Part shown: positions 55,598 to 64,000 of the stretch, piece after piece
How the letters are laid out: each line of letters starts with the position of its first letter
Numbering within the stretch: position 1 is the first letter of the stretch
From: an uncultured Bdellovibrionales bacterium
GTDB lineage: Bacteria; Pseudomonadota; Alphaproteobacteria; Micavibrionales; SZUA-601
DNA: 64,000 nt
NCBI GenBank assembly: GCA_964496065.1
Contig: CAZBXD010000003.1
Location: 5,806 to 69,805, forward strand
Direction of reading: 5' to 3'
Made by a program: the position numbers and the translations under genes
Notes under the pieces: model-generated
The model's database searches: none
What the model saw: the letters and a program-made list of their open reading frames with translations, nothing else
Told to the model about the DNA's origin: nothing

Positions 55598-56329
55598 ATG
55601 TCGGCGAATACTTGGCTGAACATTTATTCAGGAGAGGATGCTGTGCCATTTAAGAAAATTTTTATTGCCTTACTTTTTGCCATGCTAATTGCTGTTTTTT
55701 TCGTTTTTGATTTAGGTCAATATTTCACTCTCGATTATATTAAGTCACAGCAAACAGCCTTTAACACCTATTATGAAGCCAACGCATTTTTAACAATTGC
55801 GCTTTTTATGACGGTTTATATCACTGTAACGGCGCTTAGTTTGCCGGGCGCTGCGATTATGACCCTTCTCGCAGGAGCCTTGTTTGGTTTGACCATTGGT
55901 ACCATTCTTGTTTCATTTGCCAGTACCATTGGCGCAACCCTGGCAATGATTGTCTCAAGGTTTCTTCTCAAAGACTGGGTTCAGGAAAAATTTAAGGACA
56001 AACTCAAACTGATCAATGAAGGCATTGAAAAAGATGGTCTCTTCTATTTGTTTACGCTTCGCCTTGTTCCGATCGTCCCATTCTTTGTCATTAATATTGT
56101 CATGGGTTTGATGCCAATTCGGTTTTTCTCATTTTATTGGGTTAGCCAGTTAGGGATGTTTGCCGGAACCATTGTCTACGTCTTTGCGGGAACTCAGCTG
56201 GGCCAGATTGAAACCTTGGGTGATATTGTTTCGCCAGGACTTCTGGCGGCCTTTGTCTTAATTGGGATTTTTCCATTGATTGCGCGTAAATCCATTCAAC
56301 TGATTAAAGGAAGACAACACCATGCCTAA
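55598..56329 (+). CDS. TVP38/TMEM64 (DedA-related) family membrane protein
   Basis: Polytopic ORF; start taken at the ATG at 55598; conserved ...FTLRLVPIVPFFVINIVMG... segment. Confidence 0.7.
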   Translation: MSANTWLNIYSGEDAVPFKKIFIALLFAMLIAVFFVFDLGQYFTLDYIKSQQTAFNTYYEANAFLTIALFMTVYITVTALSLPGAAIMTLLAGALFGLTIGTILVSFASTIGATLAMIVSRFLLKDWVQEKFKDKLKLINEGIEKDGLFYLFTLRLVPIVPFFVINIVMGLMPIRFFSFYWVSQLGMFAGTIVYVFAGTQLGQIETLGDIVSPGLLAAFVLIGIFPLIARKSIQLIKGRQHHA

Positions 56330-57749
56330 GTTTGATTATAATATGGTCGTGATTGGCGGTGGCAGTGCTGGCCTTGTTACCTCTTATATCGCAGCGGCCG
56401 TTAAGGCAAAAGTGGCCTTGATTGAACGCCATAAAATGGGCGGCGATTGTCTCAATACAGGGTGTGTCCCAAGTAAGGCACTGATCCGTAGTGCTAAATT
56501 TGTCGCTGATATGAAACGGGCGAAAGAGTTTGGGATTAAAAAAGTCGACTATACTTTTGATTTCAAGGACGTTATGGATCGGGTTCATCGTGTGATTAAG
56601 GTGATTGAGCCCCATGATTCCATGGAACGGTATCGCTCTCTTGGCGTTGATTGCTTTGAAGGTGAGGCTAAAATTCTTGATAAGCACACGGTGCAGATTA
56701 ATGATAATGAGACAATTACCGCTAAAAATATTGTTGTGGCCACCGGTGCCCGTCCCTTTGTGCCCCCCATTCCGGGTATTGAAGATAGTGGATATTTAAC
56801 AAGTGATACACTATGGGAATTGAAAGAACAGCCAAAGAAGCTGGTAATTCTTGGTGGTGGACCCATTGGCTGTGAAATGGCGCAGAGTTTTGCGCGTCTA
56901 GGCACCGATGTTACGCTTGTTGAAATGGCCCCCCGGATCATGATTCGTGAGGATGATGATGTCGGTGAGTTTATGACCGATATTCTCACAAAAGATGGCG
57001 TCAATATTAAAGCCAGCCATAAAGCCGTTCGCTTTGATGGTAAAACCCTGATTGCTGAACATGATGGACAAGAAGTGGCGATTGAATTTGATCATCTTCT
57101 TGTTGCGATTGGCCGGCGGGCCAATGTCACCGGCTTTGGTTTGGAAGAGCTGGGTGTCACCATTGGCCAACGTGGCACAGTGGAGCATGACGGATTTTTA
57201 CGCACATCGGTGCCGAATATTTTTGTTTGTGGCGATGTTGCGGGGCCTTATCAATTTACCCATATGGCGGCGCATCAAGCCTGGTTTGCTGCCGTGAATG
57301 CCCTCTTTGGGACGTTTAAGAAATTTAAAGTTGATTATTCAGTTGTCCCATGGGCCACCTATACAGAGCCAGAGGTTGCCCATGTTGGGCATAGTGAAAA
57401 AACCGCTAAAGACGCCAAACTAAATTATGAAGTGACCAAATATGATATCAGCATGCAAGATCGGGCGGTGGCTGAGGGTGATAACCATGGGTTTGTCAAA
57501 ATCTTGACGAAAAAAGGCTCTGATAAAATTATTGGGGCAACCATTTTTGGTCCGCATGGTGGTGATCTCCTCTCGGAGTTGGTTTTGGCAATGAAATATG
57601 GGATTGGCCTCAATAAAATTTTGGGCACTATTCATGCCTATCCAACCTTGGCGGAGATGAATAAAATGGCGGCGGGGCGCTGGAAACAGGCACATGCCCC
57701 ACAATGGGCCCTCAAGATTTTAGAAAAATTTCATACGTGGCGGCGCTAA
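56322..57749 (+). CDS. FAD-dependent pyridine nucleotide-disulfide oxidoreductase (dihydrolipoyl dehydrogenase/mercuric reductase-like)
   Basis: 475-aa ORF; GGGSAGL FAD motif; redox-active GGDCLNTGCVPSK; second GGGPIGCE NAD motif; overlaps the TVP38 gene by 8 nt. Confidence 0.8.
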   Translation: MPKFDYNMVVIGGGSAGLVTSYIAAAVKAKVALIERHKMGGDCLNTGCVPSKALIRSAKFVADMKRAKEFGIKKVDYTFDFKDVMDRVHRVIKVIEPHDSMERYRSLGVDCFEGEAKILDKHTVQINDNETITAKNIVVATGARPFVPPIPGIEDSGYLTSDTLWELKEQPKKLVILGGGPIGCEMAQSFARLGTDVTLVEMAPRIMIREDDDVGEFMTDILTKDGVNIKASHKAVRFDGKTLIAEHDGQEVAIEFDHLLVAIGRRANVTGFGLEELGVTIGQRGTVEHDGFLRTSVPNIFVCGDVAGPYQFTHMAAHQAWFAAVNALFGTFKKFKVDYSVVPWATYTEPEVAHVGHSEKTAKDAKLNYEVTKYDISMQDRAVAEGDNHGFVKILTKKGSDKIIGATIFGPHGGDLLSELVLAMKYGIGLNKILGTIHAYPTLAEMNKMAAGRWKQAHAPQWALKILEKFHTWRR

Positions 57750-57876
57750 ATAAGCAATATTCTTGTATGTAACGCGCTGAATTAAATCTTTTTTAGCATT
57801 CCTTTTCTATTCTCTAATTCGTGTTTTCGACCAAAGACATGTTTGCAAAAAAATAGAATTTGTAAGGATTTTAGAT

Positions 57877-60030
57877 ATGCTAAAAAATATCAAACTAACG
57901 TTAAAATTACCAATTTTTGTTGTCACGCTTATTGTACTAACGGCCAGTGTTGTTGGTTACCTCAGCTATCTGAAATCAAATGAAATTTTGCATGGGAATA
58001 TTAAAAATACGCTGAGCGCCTTGACCGAGGCACGCCACCATGAAATGGCGGCGTATTTTAAGTCTATTGAGGATGATTTAAGCTTTCAAAGTGATAACCT
58101 TTTGATTTAAGAAGCGACTGTTGATTTTACTCAGGCGTGGAATTTCCTTGAGGGGAATAAACTAAAATATCTACAAGATCTTTATATTCATGACAATCCA
58201 CATCCCTTAGGTGAAAAACACAAATTAGATCGCGCGGCTGATCCCGTGCTCTATCATGAGGTGCATGGCAAATACCATCCAACTATTCGTGCTTTTCTAG
58301 AAAAACGTGGCTATTACGATATTTTCCTCTTCTCGCCGCAGGGTGACCTTGTTTATTCGGTTTTTAAAGAATTGGATTATGCGACAAATATGAATACTGG
58401 CCAGTGGAAGGATACTGATCTGGCGAATGCCTTCCGGGCGGCCCATCAATCACAAGAACCAGGGTCGGTTCATTTCTTTGACTTTAAACCATATGCACCC
58501 AGCTATGATGCACCAGCCAGCTTTATTTCTACGCCGATCCATAAAGATGGCCAATATATTGGTGTCCTTGTCTTCCAAATGCCTATTGGCGGCATTAATG
58601 AAATTATGCAACAAACCGATGGTCTGACTGAAAAAGGTGAAATGTTCCTGATTGGTGTGGATGGCTATTACCGCAGTGACAGCCGTTTTAATATCGAGGG
58701 TCAGACCAGTATTTTGCAAAAGCAGCTTACTAATCAGTTTATTCTTGATGAGGTAAGTAACGGTGTCCATGGCCTTGTCGTTGCTGAACATAATGACGAA
58801 GAAAACTATATTGATTATGCCGGTTTTGAATTTCATGGCAAAAAATTTGGTGTCATTGCAACGGATAATAAATACATTCTTGAGGCCCCTTTGCGTGACC
58901 TGAGAAAGACAATCATTTTTGAACTGATTGCCTTTGGTGTCATTGGTGCTTTATTGTCTTTTGCTATGTCTTATTACCTTACAAAGCCGCTTAGTCAGTT
59001 AACGGGACGTATGAAGGTAATCGCTGATGGTGATTACGATGTTGATGTACCGGCTATTAACTACAAAGATGAAGTCGGTGATATGGCACGGGCCGTTGAG
59101 ATTTTGAAGCAAAAAGGTAAAGAAGCTGAAGATCTAAAAATTCAACAAGAAGAAGCTGAGCGCAAAGCTGTCCAAGAGAAGAAAGAAGCCATGGAAATGT
59201 TGGCGAATAACTTTGAGGGCAGTGTCGGTAAAATTATCACCAATGTCAGCGCTGCCGTGGAAGAACTATCCCGTACCGCCGAAGGCATGTCTGATATTGC
59301 CAAGCGGACCAGTGATGCCAGCGGTGAAGTCTCCAGTGCTGCAACAATTGCTGCGCAGAATGTTGATACCGTTGCCTCAGCGGCTCAGGAATTGACAGCC
59401 TCAATCACAGAAATTAGTGAGCAGGTGTCTCAGTCATCGAAGATTGCCCGTGAAAGTGTTGAACGCGCCAATGAAACCAGTGAAACGGTTGGGGCTCTGT
59501 CTGAGGTCGCCACAAAAGTCGGTGAGGTCATTGGCTTAATCAATGATATTGCCGAACAAACCAATTTATTGGCGCTCAATGCCACGATTGAAGCGGCGCG
59601 TGCTGGTGAAGCCGGTAAAGGCTTTGCCGTTGTTGCGACAGAGGTGAAGAACTTGGCCGCGCAAACAACGCAAGCGACGGAAGAAATCACGGTCCAGATT
59701 GAAAAAATTCAAGGTTCAACCAAGGATACCGTGAATGCGGTTTCAACGATGCGTGAATCGATTGGTAAAATGGATGAAATTGCCACCAGTATTGCCACGG
59801 CTGTCGAAGAACAATCTGCGGCCACGAATGAAATCGCCCGTAATGTTCAAGAAACATCCTCTGCGACACAAAATGTCACGGAGAATATCTCTAAGGTAAG
59901 CAAAGATGCTGATGAAACCGGTGAAGCCGCTGGGCAGGTTGTTCAGGCGAGTACGGAGCTGAGTGAACAGATTAGTAAAACATTAAATGGTGAAGTTCAA
60001 AATTTCCTCAAATCCATTCGTGAAGGCTAA
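57877..60030 (+). pseudogene. Methyl-accepting chemotaxis protein (TM, Cache-type sensor, TM, HAMP, MA domain) interrupted by a single in-frame TAA
   Basis: ORFs 57877-58110 and 58246-60030 are in the same frame. Translation through the TAA at 58108-58110 is continuous (...SDNLLI[61 protein letters not shown]...) with no other stop. The C-terminal signalling domain is [35 protein letters not shown]. Confidence 0.75.
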
Positions 60031-60051
60031 ATTTTCTCCTCCTAAATAAAC

Positions 60052-60084
60052 AAAAAAGCGCTCATAATCTTGAGCGCTTTTTTT
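60052..60084. terminator. Bidirectional Rho-independent terminator between the MCP gene and the tRNA
   Basis: AAAAAAGCGCTCA-taatct-TGAGCGCTTTTTTT, with an A-run on one side and a T-run on the other. Confidence 0.7.
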
Positions 60085-60089
60085 GTAAT

Positions 60090-60166
60090 TGGTAGCGGAG
60101 GAGAGACTTGAACTCCCGACACGCGGATTATGATTCCGCTGCTCTAACCAGCTGAGCTACTCCGCC
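60090..60166 (-). tRNA. tRNA with CAT anticodon (elongator Met, or Ile2 if lysidine-modified)
   Basis: The 77-nt minus-strand sequence GGCGGAGTAGCTCAGCTGGTTAGAGCAGCGGAATCATAATCCGCGTGTCGGGAGTTCAAGTCTCTCCTCCGCTACCA folds as a cloverleaf (7-bp acceptor, GCTC/GAGC D stem, GCGGA/TCCGC anticodon stem, loop AUCAUAA, T arm GGGAG/CTCTC, encoded CCA). Confidence 0.9.
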
Positions 60167-60326
60167 CCAAGTGAAGCGAAATATGTCATAGGCCTTATAG
60201 AGTTTTTTGTCAATATATTTTACGCGGCTTTGATTGATCGTCGCTAATTAGTTTTATAGTTTTGAAATTGGTAATTCTGAGCTAATTTTTCATTCTTTTT
60301 GAATATTCTGTTATTATTGTGGGACT

Positions 60327-61244
60327 ATGAAAGACAAAAAGCACTATACCATTATTGGCTGTGGCACGGGCTGGGGGTCTGGTTACAACGGCACAGGTCG
60401 TGCGCCAAAGGCGCTGTATGACTGGGGATTACTTGATCAGCTTCATGGTGCGGGGATTGATATTACCTGGGCTGAAACCGTCATGCCAAAAACCCCTAAT
60501 CCACAATTTGACGCCCGGTTGGATGAGGCCTATCCCAATGTTTTGGTCTATAGCCAGGGCTTAGAAAAAACAGTGCGCGATCTTGTGAGTAAGAGCCAAA
60601 CCACGCCGGTTTTTATTGGTGGCGATCATTCGATGGCGTTTGGGACATGGAGTGGGGTTGTGAATGGTCACCAGGCACATGATGAGTTTGGCTTGGTTTG
60701 GGTTGATGCCCATATGGATGCGCATACACCCATAACATCCGTTCAGGGTAAATGGGGCGGGCATTTTCATGGGATGCCATTGGCCCATCTTTTGGGACAT
60801 GGGGATAAAGCCTTGTGTGAATTAGGAGATCCGCGCCCAAAAATCAATCCAAACTATCTTTCTCTTATTGGTATTCGTTCTTATGAATCGGGCGAAAAAG
60901 CACTTCTTGATTCATTCGGGGTTCGGATTTTTTATATGGATGAAGTATTTGATCGGGGTCTTGATGTGTGTTTGCGCGATGCAATCGCTATTGCACAAGA
61001 GGCGCCTAAAGGCTGGGGAATGTCGATTGATCTCGATGCTTTTGATCCTCAGGATGCCCCGGCAGTTGGTACACCGGAAGAACAGGGTTTAAGTGTTAAA
61101 GAATTTATCCAAACACTGTCTCGATCTGAAATTTTAAAGGATCTTAAGGCAGTTGAAATAACAGAATATAATGCCTTAAAAGACACAGAAGATAAAAGAA
61201 CTGCACAGGTTGTTAGTAAAATTTTGGCAGCTTTATTACGTTAA
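60327..61244 (+). CDS. Arginase family protein (arginase/agmatinase type)
   Basis: 305-aa ORF; Mn-binding motifs GGDHSMAFG, DAHMDAHTP, SIDLDAFDP. Confidence 0.8.
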   Translation: MKDKKHYTIIGCGTGWGSGYNGTGRAPKALYDWGLLDQLHGAGIDITWAETVMPKTPNPQFDARLDEAYPNVLVYSQGLEKTVRDLVSKSQTTPVFIGGDHSMAFGTWSGVVNGHQAHDEFGLVWVDAHMDAHTPITSVQGKWGGHFHGMPLAHLLGHGDKALCELGDPRPKINPNYLSLIGIRSYESGEKALLDSFGVRIFYMDEVFDRGLDVCLRDAIAIAQEAPKGWGMSIDLDAFDPQDAPAVGTPEEQGLSVKEFIQTLSRSEILKDLKAVEITEYNALKDTEDKRTAQVVSKILAALLR

Positions 61245-63577
61245 GAAGGTTTTTTATGCGTGTTCAGCCTTGTTTTCAAGGGCAGAATGCAGGTAATCGT
61301 TGTGCCCTTTCCTTCTTCAGATTGTAATGTCACTTCCCCGTTGTGTAATTCTACAATACTTTTAACAAGCGATAAGCCCAGGCCTGCCCCAACATTTCTT
61401 TGTTTTGTTTGAACGAAGGGTCCAAAGATACGGTCTTGGTCTTCTTTTGGAATGCCTTCACCAGTATCGGAAACACTTAAGTGGATTTTAGGCCCCTGTT
61501 TAACGGCACTAATTGTAATTGTTCCCTTGGCAGGGGTAAATTTGATAGCGTTACTCGTTAAATTTAAAAGAACTTGTTTCAAGCGGCGTTCATCTGCTTC
61601 CATTTTACCAATACTACTATTACAGACTAATTTTAATGTAATGTCTTGTTTTCGGGCCCATTCTTGAGTGAGTTCATAAATTGTATTCAGCATCTTTTGA
61701 ATATCAAGCGGCTGGATTTGGAGTTCAAGATAGCCCGCTTCAATTGTTGATAAATCAAGAATATCATTGACCAAACTAATCATTTTTTCACCAGCATCAA
61801 GCATTCCACTGGCATATTCCTTTTGTCGTTCATTGAGAGGGCCAAAATATTCTTTTTCCAAAACCTCTGCAAAACCGAGCATCGCATTGAGAGGTGTTCG
61901 CAGCTGATAAGAAACATTAGCTAAAAAATCAAGTTTTAGGCGTTCAGCCTCTTCCAAAGCCGCATTTTTATCTCGTAAGGCTTGCTCAACACGTAACGTA
62001 TCTGTGACATCACTAAAACGATTAAGCATGCCGCCATCAGGGAGAGGGACGGTGACATATTCTAAGACACGCCCATCATTTAGTTTTATCCGGCCGTTTT
62101 TTTCTTCGCGAGAAATCCCTGAATTCATTAATTCATCTCGCACGCTTTCCCAATCTTTATCCTCAAAAAGAGGTTTCTTTTGTTCAACAAGTCGAGAAAT
62201 ATGTGGCGTTCGGTTAAGATCTCGTTTTTTAAGCCCCCAGATTTTGGTATAAGTTGGATTATAAAGCTGCAAACGACCGTCAGAGCCAAACACGGCCAAT
62301 CCCTCTGCCAAATTATCAAGGGTTTCACGTTGCACCGCGATCAATGTATTATATGAGGATTCTAATTCTAAACGGCTTGTGACATCCTCAAAAGTCATAA
62401 ACAACCCTCCAAGGGGATGCGGTACCACAAGCATTCGAATAGCCGTTCCATCAGGCAAATGCATCATATCTTCACTCGGGCCAATGAGAGAGATAAACAT
62501 TTCCAGCCATTTATTTTTGTATAGTTTAAAATTAGCTTGTTCGGGTAGGCGCCTTTTGTCGCGGCACATTTCCATGATTTCTCCAAGTGTTGGCTTCTGA
62601 TCAAGCCAATTTTCTTCCAAATGGAAAAGGTCACAATATGCATCATTATAAAAAGTAAGCTCTTGCTCTGGATTAAAAATAGCGATGCCCGTATTAAGGG
62701 AGCGCAAGAGCTCTGAAGTTGATGCTTTAAAGCGGCGCATCTCAGACTCCATATCCTCCATAGGAGTAACATCAAGACCATGGCCAAGGGTTTTATTTGT
62801 ATTTGGAAGTTTAGTTTCAACAACTTCATAAAGGGAACGATTACCATTAATAATAACATGATGACGTTCTTGGATGGAGGTTCTTTCATTGAGCGCGCGC
62901 ATCGCCATATTTCGACCGAGATTCCCTTTGCTGCTTAAAAGTTCAATTTGTTCTTTTAAAATATGGTCAACGCTGTCTTCTGTGGCGTGGGCGTAAGATT
63001 TATTGACCCAGATAAGATTATTACTCTGATCACGAATCCAAACGGGGAAAGGAAGGGCACTCATCGCTTCTTGGATTTCAACAAGAGTCTTTTCAGTAGC
63101 AATGCGTTCCTTCTCAGAAGCTAAAACATGTTGATGTTGTTCGGTAATGTCATAAAACCAAACAGCTTGAATTTTTTGCTCTCCATTTTGGGAATTTGTG
63201 CCCTTGATATGAAAAAATTGTCCCTGATGTGTTGCCGCGGTAATATTAAATGCAATTCGGTCTCGCTGGAAATCTGTGAAGGATTTATGAATATTCGCCC
63301 GATCTTCAGCAGAAAAATAATCAATTAGATCTGTTAAATTATTAATTTGATCCAACCCAAACCAAGACAAGATTTCAGGTGAAATAGTAAGGGCGTTACT
63401 ATCAGTATACCAAAAAATCGAAGCTTGTGGCATATCCCGATAAAGGACGCGCAAGTGCTCATTATCACGCGAGATTTTTTTGATTTTTTGTGTATTTGGC
63501 AGGCAATGAAATGAAATCCATTCCAATCCTTTTCTTAAAAAGGACTTTTTTGTTTTATGGTTGGAATAGTCAGTCAT
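61241..63577 (-). CDS. Multi-PAS sensor histidine kinase
   Basis: 778-aa ORF; several PAS-like repeats; H-box FLANVSYQLRTPLNAMLGF; N/G boxes LLNLTSNAIKFT, DTGEGI, GAGLGLSLV. Confidence 0.85.
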   Translation of the reverse strand: MTDYSNHKTKKSFLRKGLEWISFHCLPNTQKIKKISRDNEHLRVLYRDMPQASIFWYTDSNALTISPEILSWFGLDQINNLTDLIDYFSAEDRANIHKSFTDFQRDRIAFNITAATHQGQFFHIKGTNSQNGEQKIQAVWFYDITEQHQHVLASEKERIATEKTLVEIQEAMSALPFPVWIRDQSNNLIWVNKSYAHATEDSVDHILKEQIELLSSKGNLGRNMAMRALNERTSIQERHHVIINGNRSLYEVVETKLPNTNKTLGHGLDVTPMEDMESEMRRFKASTSELLRSLNTGIAIFNPEQELTFYNDAYCDLFHLEENWLDQKPTLGEIMEMCRDKRRLPEQANFKLYKNKWLEMFISLIGPSEDMMHLPDGTAIRMLVVPHPLGGLFMTFEDVTSRLELESSYNTLIAVQRETLDNLAEGLAVFGSDGRLQLYNPTYTKIWGLKKRDLNRTPHISRLVEQKKPLFEDKDWESVRDELMNSGISREEKNGRIKLNDGRVLEYVTVPLPDGGMLNRFSDVTDTLRVEQALRDKNAALEEAERLKLDFLANVSYQLRTPLNAMLGFAEVLEKEYFGPLNERQKEYASGMLDAGEKMISLVNDILDLSTIEAGYLELQIQPLDIQKMLNTIYELTQEWARKQDITLKLVCNSSIGKMEADERRLKQVLLNLTSNAIKFTPAKGTITISAVKQGPKIHLSVSDTGEGIPKEDQDRIFGPFVQTKQRNVGAGLGLSLVKSIVELHNGEVTLQSEEGKGTTITCILPLKTRLNTHKKPS

Positions 63578-63636
63578 CGATCAATAAAATATGTTAAAAA
63601 TGTAGATAAGATGACTAAGAGTATGCCTTTGCCTAC

Positions 63637-63673
63637 AAAAAAAGACCAGCCCTTAGTCATGCTAGCGCTGATC
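63637..63673 (-). terminator. Probable Rho-independent terminator downstream of ahcY
   Basis: The minus strand reads GATCAGC-16 nt loop-GCTGGTC (one G-U pair) followed by TTTTTTT. Confidence 0.45.
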
Positions 63674-63698
63674 CTTTATATTGATAATCCTTTAAATT

Positions 63699-64000
<302 letters not shown>

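Noticed and set aside
57877-58110. A stand-alone 77-aa membrane protein plus a separate 594-aa MCP starting at GTG 58246
   Set aside because: Both are in the same frame, there are no stops in the 135-nt gap, and the gap encodes a continuation of the sensor domain. They are treated as one interrupted gene.
60090-60166. Initiator tRNA-fMet
   Set aside because: Positions 1 and 72 can pair (G-U), and the anticodon stem lacks the three consecutive G-C pairs typical of initiators. An elongator Met or Ile2 (lysidine) identity is more likely and cannot be resolved by eye.

Overview
This is a moderately AT-rich, tightly packed chromosomal segment. Its housekeeping genes look alphaproteobacterial: a COQ9-like gene divergent from rpsU, DUF1674/SDHAF4, DUF1150 next to hsp20, SRP RNA-dnaX-ybaB, clpS-clpA, cpaD, a 274-aa Caulobacter-type flagellin and ahcY. 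Positions 1-19.3 kb and 46.6-64 kb hold ordinary core genes (kdsD, nrnA, fba, clpSA, fadD, rnhA, uvrD, prmA, pepP, rpsU, dnaX, ybaB, xthA, bcp, asmA-like, tyrS, arginase, a PAS histidine kinase, one tRNA, one SRP RNA). The central 19.4-46.6 kb is a cell-envelope supercluster. It starts with a complete Tad/Cpa Flp-pilus locus on the minus strand (tadE-tadF-tadG-flp-cpaA-[flp pseudogene]-cpaBCDEF-tadBC). This locus lies 192 bp downstream of, and in the same orientation as, a ten-gene Dot/Icm-type (type IVB) secretion core block, icmL-K-E-G-C-D-D-D-J-B. Beyond that block come two divergently transcribed paralogous secreted proteins of unknown function, a TPR-methyltransferase and a flagellin gene. 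The best candidates for follow-up are: (1) the T4BSS core block in an alphaproteobacterial context, with no coupling protein, DotA/B/C/D or mobility genes nearby; (2) the triplicated IcmD-like genes; (3) the orphan secreted paralog pair next to icmL; (4) two genes (a second flp and a Cache-type MCP) each interrupted by a single in-frame TAA; (5) a near-identical CtrA-box-like promoter module upstream of both flp and flagellin; (6) a ROSE-like RNA thermometer hairpin in front of hsp20. I saw no CRISPR array, transposase, integrase or rRNA. All calls come from reading the translated ORFs and the DNA by eye; no database search or computation was possible.
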